The notes: a model not told the origin generated them from the sequence alone. A DNA stretch of 64,000 bases from Lobosporangium transversale (GCF_002105155.1 NW_019028981.1:1302001-1366000); one strand, 5' to 3'. Counted from the stretch's first letter, positions 25,170 to 39,713 are shown. Numbers and translations: made by a program.

Positions 25170-25539
25170 AGTAATCCGTCATCAGTTAAAAGGAGTATCT
25201 AAAAGTTACGTTGTCCTTCATGATTTACCTGTAAATCATTTGCCAATTCCTGAAGACCACCTTTCAGATTTTTACAACTCTTCATCAGATACTTGATGTC
25301 ATATATGCAAGGGAAATATGTCCTCAACAAATCAAAAAAGTCTCCTTCCTCTGCAGGTAGAGGACTGCATGTCAGAATCTTGAGCAAGTATCCAAAATCG
25401 TAGCCACTATATTATAAAAGAATGATTTTGAGATGTATGATCTTAATTAGCAAAGTAAAACTCTCTCTGCCTATCTCTCTCTTCCTCTTTCCCTTGATAT
25501 ACTGAATGTTTTTTTACCCCCTTGCACCATTTCTAACAA

Positions 25540-25573
<34 letters not shown>

Positions 25574-26552
25574 TCTCATGAGAGCTATCAAGTAATTGGC
25601 CCTTTTTTTTTTTTTTTTTTTTTTTTTCTTCATATATACCTGTGAAAAGAAATCCATTTAACTTCGTCCAGTAGAACAAACCCGGAACTTATAAGAAGTT
25701 CACCGAAATGATGAACATCGATCCCATAATCTTCATGCTTCTGAAAGTTGATTCCAGACTTTGTCAATAGATCAATCGAATCCTGTGCGTACATGTCCTC
25801 ACTATGTAACAAGAATAAGGTAGAAGATAAAAAAAACCACGTCCAAATATGAATTGCTAATTTTTTTTTCCTCCTTCATCGCCTGAGTATGTGGTTTTTG
25901 GTTTGGCAAACTTACGCCAAACTAAACTTGAAATTGAACTGCCAGGTACAGGCATCCTTTGGTATGTTTCCATTCTCATCTGCAAATGTGACACCAAGCT
26001 GGATCATTTTAAGTAGGTCAACATTACATCGTAGAGTTTGATAGTGATAATCGGCCGAGGTACGGAAGTTGCCTTAGATGTATCACGGAAGGAAAAGTAA
26101 GAAAAAAAAAAAAAAAAAAAAAAAGAATCATTCACCGCGTCAGCATAACGGTTCAACTTGATTCCTTTTTGTAATTATTCAACGTCTTCCCGCTCAGTCA
26201 TAGTATATAGGAGACATACCGATAGGTCTGGCAACAACACCTGGAAATTCCGTGTCCTGTTGTGATAGTGTCACATCAATTGAATATAAATAGAATTACG
26301 AAAAAAAAAGCAGATCAAGCCCAAGGTCAGTCCTTTTTGAATATGCTCATTGGTGCCTGCAAAAAAAGAAAGTCTCGCATTCCCACACCCCTCCCCCATG
26401 AGATGCTTGTTGCCTAAGAATTCATGATGACGCAAGTGTACCATGGCAAGATACGGATACTGGTCGACGAGGTCGCGCAAGAGTGCCATCTCCTGCTCCA
26501 AGTTCTCGGCCCAGACTTCTCTGATAATTGCTCTCTCGTTAGGACTAGGCAT
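24733..26552 (-). CDS. CAF1: CCR4-NOT deadenylase subunit Caf1/Pop2 (CNOT7/8), 7 exons
   Basis: [54 protein letters not shown] and [10 protein letters not shown] in GT-AG-bounded exons. Confidence 0.96.
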
Positions 26553-27206
26553 AGCGCGTCTGTTGTTGTTGCTGAAGCGGACTATGAGAAGCGTGTGAGA
26601 GTATGAAAGAGAAGAGGGAGGCTCTACACTGTGAGCTGTTGAGTTGTGTAATGGACAATAAGATTAACTAGCAGGTAGTAAAATGGAATGTTGTATTTGA
26701 ATGAGCATTTGCATGAATTAGTGGCAAGTTGTGATCGCTCAGACAGGAGAGTTTGCGATGGAATAATTCTACAGTTAAAAAAAAAGAGTACCTGAACAGC
26801 AAGTAATGAGATGCTTATGGTGTGAGTTTTTTTTTATAAAGAAAGTAAATCTGTAAGGTTATCTCTTTTATTATATTGTGCTCTCAACGAATGAATGATG
26901 AATGCTTGCAAAAAAAAGTTGATGCAAAAAAGTTCAGGTCGTCAGAACCGAACAAGGTTTGATCACATGACCCGAAACATGCCTTTAGTTCACGAATAGC
27001 AAATTGCTGAAGGAAAAGAAAATAAAAAGGTGGCAAATCCACAATAAAAGTTATTTCTTTTACCATTGGTAAGGATCGCGTTGAACTACAGGGCAGTAAA
27101 AAAAAAAGAAAAAGAAAAAAGAAGATAAATCAGCGAAAAGTGCACCCTTTCTTTTTCACTTCAATAATAACAACAGACAACAGCGACCCACAGTGACTTT
27201 CAAATA

Positions 27207-27862
27207 ATGAGCAAGAACAATGAGCTTGTCGACGATCTGGTCGCAAAACTCAAGAGGCGCCAACTTGTGGGATCGTCAACTGTGGCGCAGGCGACACTCA
27301 AACTGCTGATTGTAGTCATTTCCAAGAACAACTGGACAACTTGCAATCAACTTGTTACACTAGTTAAATCAGTTGGTCGACGACTAGTTCAAGCCAATCC
27401 TACTGAGCTTGCTGTTGGAAACATCATCCGTCGTGTCCTTCATGTTATCAGAGAAGAATTTCGGGAGGCAGAGTCCATTGCTTCGCATATGGACCAGAAC
27501 GAGACCCATTCAGCACCCCTCACCACTTCTTCGTCCATGTACAACTTGCTTGGAGAAACAGGATCAACTCCAGCAGAAAAAAATGTTCAATATCCCAGTA
27601 GTTTGAGAAGTAATATTATTCAAGAAATTCGTGAAATCAAGGATGAATTGGAGAACATTTACGAAAACATTAAAAACCAAGCCTCCCTTCAGATCCACTC
27701 AAAGTGAGTCATAACGGTTCACATATCTTTTTCTTTTTTTTTCTTTTTTTTTTTCTTTTTTTTTTTTTTTGTTAATTACCTATACAAGTTATCGATTGCC
27801 TTGCGCTTGAGGGCTCGTTTCTCACATAATTGATGTTAACTTGATTTTATTTTATTTTTTTA

Positions 27863-27912
<50 letters not shown>

Positions 27913-28849
27913 AATTAGCGAAATCATTATGACAGTCGGCCGATCCAAGACAGTGGAAGAGTTCTTGAAGATGGCTGCTGTTAAAAGAAAGTTTCAGGTC
28001 TTGGTTGCAGAGAGTGCACCCTCGTAAGTTTTGTTCTTTATCCTTTGGACAAATGAAAAGAAAAAGAAAGAAAGAGTCGGCTATCTCTATTGCTTTAATT
28101 GACAAAATTTCAATCTTTTACCTATTGAACATTAGTTATTCTGGACAAGAGATGGCCCTTGAGCTCTCGAAAGCCGGTATTGAGACGACTGTAATCCCAG
28201 ATTCAGCTGTTTTCGCTGTCATGTCTCGTGTCAACAAGGTCATTCTCGGAACTCACGCTGGTAAGTAAAAAGAAATGAAAAAAATACAAAGCTCAAAGTT
28301 CGAATAGAAAGTCGAGAGTAGAGTTGATTTATGATTGTGTACTGACAGTGATCTTGTGACCTTGCTATAGTTCTTGCCAATGGAGGGCTAGTGGCCATTT
28401 CAGGGACACACATGATGGCAGCAGCAGCAAAACATCACTCAATCCCTGTGGTGGTATGTACGGGATTATACAAACTCTCGCCCTTATACCCATATGACGA
28501 GGATAGTTTCAATGTCACGTTCAATCCTGATTCCGTACTTGGATTTGAAGAAGGCGATCTGATCGAGAAGGTGACTGTGACGAATCCATACTACGACTAT
28601 GTATCACCCGATTTTGTGAATCTGTTCATCACCAATCAAGGTGGCCACCCGCCCTCTTACCTCTACCGTCTCATGTATGTTGAACTTTTATGTGTGTGTA
28701 TATATAAGATTAATAATGGTTGTCGGATGTATGTCTATGAAGGGTAAAAAGATAAAGTGTTTAATTCCTCTGCATTTTTTATTTTATTTTTGATCTTAAT
28801 GAATAGTGTTGAGAACTACGATCCAAACGATCACACGTTTGATCTTTAG
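27207..28849 (+). CDS. GCD7: Translation initiation factor eIF2B beta subunit
   Basis: [78 protein letters not shown]; 5 exons. Confidence 0.95.
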
Positions 28850-28860
28850 AGAATAAGGTG

Positions 28861-28891
<31 letters not shown>

Positions 28892-29339
28892 GGCTAGCCG
28901 CTCGTTCATGTATGTACCATTGTGTCCTTCAATCAATTACAGTAAAAAAAATTTTTTAGTGCCCTTGCATTTTTTACTTTCCAAAGCAAAAGAATGAATA
29001 AAAAGCCTTGCCTTTGCATATTTTTTTCTTGGTAAAATATAAAAGATGCAAAACACCAAGAAATGTTCTCCTGGATAAGAAGTACATGTGTCAATTACAT
29101 TTGATTTGTCCTTAATTGTTTGATATTCCAAACCCAAAAAATAACGAAAAATGATTTGTGGTCCGATGGAACAAACGTATTGACATTCATATTTTCTTAT
29201 TTGAAATTGAATTTGAGTTTTCCTTACGTACGGTTCAACTACCCACTCCACTCTCCACTCGGGCCTTATTGATCTTGATGGCGTATGTTGAGAGTCTCAG
29301 CCCATACAACGCTTTTTGTTTATCCCATTCCCATTCATG

Positions 29340-29377
<38 letters not shown>

Positions 29378-31319
29378 TATAACACTCATGGCCCGGGGGT
29401 ACCAAAAGATGTTTGCAATGTTTTTTTTTTTTTAAAAAAGTAATAGTGGCATTGAGCAATGACCAACTTCTGTCCCCGATCATTCAATTTAATAAGCACA
29501 CACTCACGTCATTCTACTAGATACCAGGGCGGGATGTTGAAGACCAGAAAATTTGGAAATATGGAGATGCAAAGAAACAGAAACGGGAAGGGGAATGGAA
29601 ACAAGCAACAACGGAAGCACACGATGGTGCCATATTGTTTGGCAGCATGCATCAGATCGGAGAGACCATTGAGCATCTTCTAAATAAGACATGAAAGCAT
29701 AATTTAAACAAAGTTGACTTGGTATCTCTTTCAGACCAAGAGCATGTTATCCTCAGATGTGTGTTTGCTTGGTTTAGATAAGAGGGACCGAGAAAGAGCG
29801 AGGGGAGGAAACAGATCATGAGTAAGGATATGGACAGAGGAAAAGCCAAGGAGACCCATGAATTGCCTTTTTGTCAATTGGGTGTTACCTTGCACATTGT
29901 CCCATCACGTATTGTACAATTTTAGAAAACTGACAATGACGGCCCCTTTCGTTCATCATCCATGCCAATGGGCCAATGGTCCATACTGTTTTTGCCGTGC
30001 TTTCTGCTACAACAGTGATTCAGCCTCTTACTCTTGAGAAGAATCCTCCTTTTTATTTAATTTTTTGTTTTCTCCGCAATCTCAGCCTAGACCAGATTTG
30101 TAAACTTGCGGATCTCTTTTGAAGGCGTGGATTTTTGGACAATTTTGACTTTATCTTTTCCAACCAAAGAATTTCTTTAATCTCTTTATTCTTTACTTCT
30201 CTTTCCTTCTTTCTTTCTCCTCTCTCTCTCCTCTCTTCTCTCCTCTCTTCCCTCTCTCCTCTTGCTATTCGTTGGCTTTCTCTTTCCATGTCTAGTCTCT
30301 GCTGTACGCCGAGTCTGACCAATAGAGTGAGCGTCTCTAGGAGACGACGCAGCTCTTACTCCCATTCTCTTTTTTATGCACATTTCTCTCAAATTCCTTT
30401 TCATGCTCACATTCAACTCCATTCTCATTCACCCATCTTATTCAGGCACAGGAACGAGAAGAGACTTTTGTTTCATGCACACTCCGACTCTCTTTCTTAC
30501 ATGATACAAGATTCAGTTCACCTGTCTACAACTGAAGTCGTGCCTGTATCTGTGTTTAGATCTGCAGCCACAACTGCTGAACTAGTAAATGCTGAAGCAG
30601 AAGCAGAAGCAGAAGCACCTACAATAGTCAAAGCAAAAGTAAAAGCCATCAACATGATACCTTCGCATTCGATGTCTATCCCTGTCCCTTCTCCTTCCCC
30701 TCTTTCCGCTTCTCCTTTTCCTACGACGGATACAACAATGACACCAAGAAGAACAGAAGCTTCGACCACAACAACGCTAAATATATCAGCAGTTTTCACA
30801 TCACTACAATCGTTTGCCACTACTGCACAGGCAGTAGCAGCGTGTATGCACTTTGGAGATCAGGCTCCGCCCCCTGGTGTTCAGTCACTACGAGGACCAA
30901 CGCAAGTGCAAATCAGATCATCAATGCCATCATTAACTATGACCACTCCTAGTACACCATGCATGAGCCTTATAGGCCCTTGTTCCTGTTCTCGTTCTCT
31001 AGAACCATGGTGTCTCCCCGACCTGTTCCGTAGAAGGGGGAGGAAAAGTATAGCTAGGGAGAGCGGGCTTAGGAGGAGGCGGAGATGGAGAGGGGTGTCA
31101 TCGTTTAAAAGAGGAGCTACAGCAGAAACAATGCTATCAATAGCAAAGATAACGACGATCTCAACAACAACAACACCGCCATCATCAGAGGCGATCAAAA
31201 CAACCATCCCGACACCTGCACCAACGATCGCGACAACAATTCAAGATGCAACCTTCAAAACAATAGGAATAAGGACAAAAGGAAATATCTCAACAATTAC
31301 ATTCTCATCAACGAAGACC

Positions 31320-34300
31320 ATGTCATTCTTCGCCACATCTTCAGTTATCCTCTATTCCATCCTCTTGACTATGATGGCTATCATCACTCCTCAACTCGCG
31401 CTCGTAGGGGCTGCGGCTGTTTCGCCAAGCTGGCGTGCGTTTCACGGGGCTGCAATCATAGACACGGATATGGTCATCTTTGGCGGGGTCACAGATTCGT
31501 CCAAGAGTCCCTACGGCGCCAACATGCTGGGCTCTAATGATGTTTGGGTCTGGAGCACGACCCTGCGTCAATGGTCGCAGCCCACGATTCAAGGTTCACC
31601 TACATCTACGCCTGCGCCCCAAAAGTTCCTGGATTCGATCGCGTTACAATCACAGGGCAAGATGATGTCCCTGGTCGCCAATGCATCTTCACCAAGCAAT
31701 TCTTTACTGATGCTGGACACATACTTTTGGGTCTGGTCTATCCCTAACTCACGTAATCATTATTGTTTTGATACCTATGCTTCTGTCGTTTTTTTTTTAT
31801 ACCCATTTTGGTTTATGATTCTCCGCCCGGTGACTAAAATAAGAACATCAAAAAACAAAAATAAATGTTTTATTCACAAAAAAAAAAAAAAAAATCCTCA
31901 TGAATAGCGAACCCTGCTGTGGCACCTCAACTTCGACTCGGAGCAGCTGTCGGAATGGCTGATTCAACTGTTTTTGTGCACGGAGGAGCATCAGTTGGGT
32001 CCGATGGTTTTGCGAGCACGGGCGTTCTGAACGATCTTAGCAAGCTGGTAATGTTGTTGTTATTTTTATTGTTGTTATAGTCGATCTTCAATCAATCTAC
32101 TCTTCTATTTATTCCTCAATTGTTTGGATGTTTGGTGTCCATCTTGCTTGTATCTTTATTTTTATTTTTGTTTTTATTTTTTCTCTCATATCTGCTTCTG
32201 CTTCCTCTTTTCTTTCAGTCTTGTTCTTTTTATCTTTTTTATTGCTTTTACTAAAAATTCAAGTTCACTGACTCTTCTACACGATGAAAAGGGTGTGGGA
32301 GTGAAAGGGGAGGAGGAGAAGATGGTGAAGAGGGATGATGGTGTTCAGTATCTATATTTACCTCAATACACTGGAGGTGTCTTTTTTTTTATTGTCTGTT
32401 TCTCTCTTTCCCTTGTGTTCAGACCGCCGCCCAACCCAGATCTATTTTTATGATACTGACAAACCAACTGGGCTATACAAACACAGACTGTGGGAAAGAG
32501 ACGGGGTTTGGGAGAATGGGAATGGCCTTGAAAAAACATCATTGTTTAGTAACAGATGTTTTTTTTTTCTTTATACTGACAAGACATTTATGCTTTTGTA
32601 TTCTTTGTAATGATTATTTTATCTTGCATAAATATCAACCATCATATTAATAATTATAATAATTATAATAATGATAACAATAAAAGGATGAGAGTACGTT
32701 CCAGTGGACTTCGATCGCCAACGGACCTGCGTTGATGCACCACACTATGTGCCGACTAACAGGACTCAATACGATGATTGTTTTTGGTGGTAGCGACCAA
32801 TCCACAGTGGCATTCAACACTGTGCATACATTTAATCTCGATGTTGAAGTTTGGGTACTCTCTAAACCTGTCTACGCTGGTATCGGAGGTACGATTCCGT
32901 CAATTCGCAAAGGTCATTCGGCTGTTTGTTTTAACAACACGATGATTGTTTATGGTAAGTTTGAGTTTGAGGATATGGTAAAGACATGATCCCGCCAAAA
33001 AGAAAAGGAACGAATGATATGAAATGCTTGTTTGCTTGTTGTATCACATTCCACAAACCACATGTCTTTTTTTTTTTTTTTTTTCGGGACTGAAAATAGA
33101 ATATACTCTCGAATATACTCTCATCTCCATCTACATCTACATCTCAATATCTCAAATTCTAACATGGTTGCTGCAAAATTTTATTTTTAAAATTTTATTT
33201 TTTTTTCACAGGTGGTGGGCCAGATGGGCCTGTAGATGACGACGTATGGGTGCTGGACGCGTCCAAGTCTGAATGGACGTGGAATAGGATGACGACTAAT
33301 AAGCAAATGGGACCTGGGCCACGTACTGGACATTCAGCACTTCTCAATGGAACCAACATGCTTGTCTGGGGCGGTTATGGTACCGCTCTCCCAAATGACA
33401 CCAATATTTATATTCTAGATACAGAAACATGGCAATGGAGTTCGTCCAGAGATCCTAGCCCTGCGGCACCGCCTTTACCAGTTGTTCCACCTCCCCCTCC
33501 AGCCGAACCCAAAAGAACCAATCTACCATTGACGTTAGGTGTTGTCTGTGGCAGTGTAGCTCTTATTGTAGCCTTTGTAGGCTTCTTACTTCTTCGCAGG
33601 AGATCTCTCAAGAGGAAACAGGATCGAGCAAAATGTGCATCACAAGGATCACAAGGTGGTACTGCTAGTTTTATAACAGATGGTGAACTGAGCCTAGCAA
33701 GGGACGCTGTTGGAGATGATAAACAACAACCAGGCTTTGTGTATAGTGGCGGCGGTATTGGTGCTGGTACAGACAAAGATTCTGGTACGTCATCCTCAGG
33801 AGGGAAGCGCTCTTTTCAAACTAGTAATATTCCCTCTCAGAGATCGATACCAGCACATTCACATAGTTACCCTATGCAGTCTATGACAGCATTTGCAGCA
33901 GCGGACCATGAGTCATTATCTCATCGTGCAGAATCGAGCCGGTCATCTGAGCAGTATCGACAGCCTCTGACAGCTTCATCACAAAAGGAGGGCAGTGTCG
34001 GCCATGAGCGAGCAGGGACCACAGGGACAGGAGGATCCTTAGTAGAAAATGCTGCTAGAGTCGGATCCATCTCTTCCGACCCTTTTTATCCAGCATACCT
34101 GGCAGAGGATGATGAAGAGGATGCAGACCGATGGACTTTTGCATCATCACTTTCATTTGATCAACGAGATAATCACCATAGCTTGCCGACGTTACGGTAT
34201 ATACCCACGCGTGTTCATGGAACATCAGCGAGATCACAAGGTCAATCTACAGGAAGCATTGGCGGAACTAGCTCACAACGAATGCCCATGATGATTTATC

Positions 34301-36247
34301 ATAGTGGCGCTGGTGGTTCAAAGCCACTACGAGGTGACCGCAGTGCAGGAGGAATGTCTATACGAACAGGAAACGGATCGTCGATCGGACCAGGCTCGGT
34401 GTCATTGGCTGCAGCCGCCGTAGCTACATCGACCGAGGTTCTGAGCCGAGATGGATCCACCAGTCCTCGGGATGCGACTCTTTTTAACGCTGTCAGTCCA
34501 TTGGATAGAGTGACGCTAATGTGCTCTGGAATGGATATTGCTAGTTCGCATCCCGAAGAAGATGCTCCTGTGTTTAATTCTGGTGCAAGCAGCTCTGTAC
34601 AGCTACATCAGCGGCAAAAGCAACGGAATGCAGGCGGTAACAACAAAGGTAGCACTGTTGCTGCTGGTACTACTACCACTGCTGCCGCTATTATTCCATC
34701 TGAATCTCAGCAGATACAATTCAAGGGACTATCTGAAGAGGCTACGACAGATCTTCGGCGCAAGGATACTACATCGACCTCGACAACAAAGTCATCAACC
34801 AATTATACTACCTTGGACAACCCAGCGTTAGTAACTTTGGTCCAGAACTTGCCCGCTCGATACAAACTTTCGAAATCGCCGAGCCCTATACATGGAGAGT
34901 CGAATGACATCCTGTTTGCCATTGATTCAGATACTCAGCAGCCGATTGTAATTAAATCATTTGCCAGGAAAGAGGCATGGGAGCGTGAATGTCGAATTTT
35001 GAGACGGCTGAGAGGCCCCAATATTGTGGAGCTGAAGCATGTAGCGACGTTGGTCTTGTCCGAGACAGATGATCCCAATAAGCCAGCCAAGATTCGATTA
35101 ACAATATTGGAGCGACTAGATGAGACATTGGCTCAGATGCTAAAGAATGCTAGAAAAGCCAAGAAAGTGGCCTTACGCGAACAAGCAGGACCGAATGAAA
35201 TGTCTGAACTGGATTTAACAGGCTCAGCTCTGTATCGATCCGGAACTGCGCTGGATGAAGGATATATCCGGGATATTGCGAAGGGAGTACTCCGGTGTTT
35301 GAGTTGGTGTCATTCGAAGAAAATTGTCTATTGTGACCTGAAGCCCTCGAACGTGATGCATAACCGGGATGATCCTCGACAACAATGGAAATTGATTGAC
35401 ATGGAGTCTTCACGCGTAGCGAGCGAGGAATGTATTGGAATCGGAACTGTTCGGTATTGTCCACCTGAGGTGGCTCGAGGAACCACAGTTGATAAGCAAG
35501 CGTCATCAGGCGTTACAGCCAACTATAGCATTGATCTCTGGGCATTTGGATGCTTGGTCTATGTAAGTCAATGAAAAGATGTTTCGTCACGCCTTTTGCC
35601 TTCCTCCAACAATATTTGTTCAGTCAGTAATGCTTTTGTATGCTAATATCTTATTTATCTACTATTGGATCTTGAAATATCTGTAGGAATTGTTTGCAAC
35701 TAGGCCATTGTTTCCTCTATCGTTGTCAGATGACACGGTGCTTCACTTTTTGGCGCACCCTTCTCCAGACACACCATCACTGGCGAATGGTCTCCGATGG
35801 AATTCAGCACGTGAATTGGTGATTCCTGATTTCGAACTAGCTGTCCCTAATGAGAGTGCTCGAGCATTGATCCGTATTCTCTTGCACCCAGATCCACAAC
35901 GCCGTGCCACTATGAATCAAGTCTTGGTAAGAGGCTCCTCCCTTCTTTTTCCACACTTTTTGTCAATTGTCGCCATTGTTGTCTCTTTCCTTAGATATCA
36001 CCCATTACTTACAATATCCAATAATAACAACGTTAAAATACTAATAATTGGATATTTTGATTAATAGGCTTCAGATTATTTGGGCATTTCTCCAGAGTCA
36101 AGACACTCTTATACGCGTGAGCGTGAATTATCTTCAGCTGACGAGCGTCGATCTGCATCGATCGCATCGGAAACGCAGACATCATTGCAGGCCTTAACTT
36201 GGTCCCCTCAGCAACAACAGTACAGCGATAACAATAGTAACCAATAA
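31320..36247 (+). CDS. Kelch-repeat / transmembrane / protein kinase domain protein (receptor-like topology)
   Basis: Exons 31320-31752, 31908-32047, 32687-32954, 33212-35562, 35687-35926 and 36068-36247 splice in frame. Features: hydrophobic leader; Kelch motifs (MVIFGG, VFVHGG, MIVFGG, MIVYGG, MLVWGG); TM LGVVCGSVALIVAFVGFLLL followed by RRR; kinase motifs IVIK, YCDLKPSN, DME, YCPPE and DLWAFG. The frame is also open upstream to 30135, so the start is uncertain. Confidence 0.8.
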
Positions 36248-36978
36248 CCAATAACCAATAACCAATAACGGCAGTGGGCTTTACACAAAAGGTCTCGGCC
36301 ACAACCTGTAGAAAAGGCTACTTACTCTTATCTATCTCAACGATCTTAATAAGTCAGAAGCCAACGTGAGCTTTTTTTTTGAAATATATCTATCCTCAAT
36401 ATTATTATCTTTATTATTATTTTATTTCGCATAGATCAACTGTAGCCATCATCTACCCAAGATTTACTCTTTATTCATCCAACTATTTCATGTATAATAG
36501 ACTCTTTCATAATTATAATAAAAAAAAAATGTTATCGTGTAAATTTCAAGATAAATAACAGAGTCATTAACAAATGTAATAGTTATCCAATCCTGCCAAT
36601 GCCAACACATCACTCTTTTTTTTTTTTTTTTTTTTTTTTTTTCGTGCGTTGGTCAGAGAAAAGACTTGTATGCGTATACAGTTCTGCTGAGAGTGCTGCT
36701 AGATTTTTATCATGAGCTTATTTCGTGTTGTATGCGTTGCATGTGGCATGTGCGTGTGCAAATTGAATAAGAGTATTGAATTGTACGTATTAAAGCCATA
36801 TAAAAGATATGAATGATTGCATCTTGACTTGAGCAAAAACACACTTTGTCAACAAACATATTTTTCTTTTCCTCATTTCATTCTTTTTGTTTTTCATTCC
36901 TCTTCATTCATTCCGTTTCTTCGATACTTGACATACTTTGTTTAAACTCTAAAGCTTTATATCCAACATATTCATAAC

Positions 36979-39130
36979 ATGGTCAAAGGTAATTCGATGT
37001 GATATACTATGCTGTACTATACAGTATCTGCTTTCTTCTACAATGCTTTGCTGTCTTATGTTGCACTTGATTGACTTCTCTTAGTCATGTAAAAAAGAGG
37101 TTGACGTTAGAACAAATGGCACTCTATCTTTTTGCTTAATATACTGCATTTTTTTTTACTTTTCTAGTTACTATTTGTGGTGCTGCTGGCGGTATCGGTC
37201 AGCCATTGGCGCTTCTCCTAAAGCAATCAGAGTTGATCACACATTTGGCTCTGTATGATGTCGTGAATGCGCTCGGTGTGGCTGCAGATTTATCTCATAT
37301 CAATACTCGCTCCAACGTTACTGGACATGGAAAGGAAGATATGGACGAGGCTTTGAAGAATGCACACACTGTTGTCATTCCGGGTAACGTATACATTATT
37401 CTTTGCTTTTTTTTTTTTTTACTGTTACTGTTATCATTATTAACGCCGTTATCATGTCAATATTAAAAGAAGGAGTTTAAATACGCGTGATTTTTTTTTT
37501 TTTTCCCCTTTCTTTAATGGTGTGTTTGTGCTTTCTTCAACGTCTTATTGAAATAACTAGCTGGAGTGCCTCGCAAGCCTGGTATGACCCGGGATGACCT
37601 TTTCAAGGTAGGACATTTATTTTAATTTTTTATATAAGAATATAAGATTGGGATCCAATGGGAGAAACGGGGCTCGGAGCTTTTTTTTTTGTAGTCAGTG
37701 TGAGTTAAAAAGAAAAAAAAAAAAATACAAGATTGTTGGGAAGATAAGAGTAAGGCTTTTACCATTGAACCATTGATCATCAGATATGGCCATGGCTAGA
37801 AGTATATGGATGAGAGGATTAGTATTTTTTTAGTCGCTTATCAGTACTCAGTTATCATAATGCTCCACGTTTTATTCTTTATCTCATCATGAAATAAGTT
37901 AACTGTGTGATATGAGAAAGATGTATTGATTATCAATTAATTCTTTTTGTACACCCATTAATTGTCTTGCCTTGTCTTGTTGCTCTCTTTTGATTATTTA
38001 CTTCGGTGATGTGCTCCGGACATCTCGGTATTCTAATTTTTTTTTTCTCCCCTACTCAACAGATCAATGCAGGCATTGTCCGTGACTTGGCTGCAGGTAT
38101 TGCCAAGAACTGCCCCGAGGCCCATGTCTTGATTATCTCTAACCCTGTCAACTCTACAGTGCCTATTGTGTGCGAAGTCCTCAAGAAGCATGGCGTTTTT
38201 AATCCCAAAAAGTAATTGAGAACTTTTTTGTGTGACAAGTACATTGGGAAGATGCTTTGTGTAAACATGCTGATATAATCGATATAGTCGATATGGGATT
38301 GATTTAGTGTGTTCAGGGAAGATTGTGACCAGATCGAATGTTAAAAAAAAAAAAAACTGCGGAGAGGTCCCCATTCTTTACTCTATTTCTGTCAAGGACA
38401 GGGTGAATAGTTCTTGAGACATTGTTATGAATTATCAGTGTATTAGATATATATGTGGAGAGAAAAGAGGGAATAGGTTACTAATCGATAATCACGCAAA
38501 GCCAAACATATTTCGCTTGTATACTAAATAACTATCTGCTTTTCTTACTGTATTTCATCCTTTAGAGTCTTTGGCATCAGTACGCTGGATGTTGTCCGCT
38601 CATCTAGGTTTGCGTTCGAAATTAACAATGCGATCGATCCACAGTCAACAAGGGTTACTGTAATTGGTGGACACAGTGGGGTTACCATTGTGCCGGTCCT
38701 CTCCCAGATCCCTGGACAAACCTTTACCAAGGAGCAGCTCGAGGCGCTGACACACCGCATTCAATATGGTGGGGATGAGGTTGTAAAGGCAAAGGATGGC
38801 GCAGGATCTGCAACACTGTCAATGGCTCATGCAGGTGCGCGCTTTACCAACGTAATCCTTCAGGCGACGGTTGCAGGCAAGGCTGGTCTAATCGAGTCGA
38901 CCTTTGTGAACTTGGAAGCCGATCCTGAGAGCACAGCTGGTTTCAGGGCCAAGACTCATTTGGATTATTTCGCACAGGATGTCGAATTTGGTCGTGAGGG
39001 TGTGAGTAAGATCTTGCCTCTTCCCACCCTCTCAGATTATGAGCAATTATTGCTGGGTGCTGCTATTCCTGAGCTTAAAGTTAACATTATCAAGGGAGCT
39101 GCTTTCATCACAGACGACGCCAAGATCTAA
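36979..39130 (+). CDS. MDH: NAD-dependent malate dehydrogenase (no mitochondrial presequence; C-terminal AKI)
   Basis: [53 protein letters not shown] and [20 protein letters not shown]; 5 exons. Confidence 0.96.
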
Positions 39131-39713
39131 GCAGGCGTTTTTTCTTTTTTTTTTTTCTTTTTTTCTTTTTGCTTTCTGTTATTCATTATCTTTTGGCTTC
39201 AATCTCTTGAATATTTATTTTTTGAAATAAACGCTTCTGCGTAAAAAAAAAAAAAAAGGCGCATACCTCCCATGCCTTCATTCATCTTTTCTTCCAGCAT
39301 AATTCCTCCATTTTCGGCCCTTGAACTTGCTCTCCTTGTCGTGTTCAATTGACAGAATACCTTGGTAGATCTTATGAATTTAGCTCTGAACTCCGTTGAT
39401 GCTCTTGCAGGTACATGACAAATAGTCGGCACCGCCTGCCTAAAATCCTTGAGCCATAACTTCGCTAGATTGACAATCTTTGTACAAGAGGGACTTAGTG
39501 CTTCGCCCAAATATACTTTAGATTATGTCAAAACCAAGACCTTGCATGTTTAGTATAGTAAACTAAGCTCGGCATCTTTGCAGCGAGCCTGCCCTTTTCC
39601 ATGTATTCAACGTCCTTTTTTTTTTGCTATGAACTTGATTGAATATTTTTTTTTTCTTTTATGTTTCTAACACTCTCACATTGGCTAGACCATTTCCCTA
39701 CAACAGCAACAGC

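Noticed and set aside
30053..30428. Arg/Glu-rich minus-strand ORFs
   Set aside because: Produced by a CT-rich tract. No domain similarity seen.
36238..36268. (TAACCAA)n tandem repeat resembling a telomeric repeat
   Set aside because: About 4 units spanning the kinase stop and 3' UTR, internal to the contig. A simple minisatellite.
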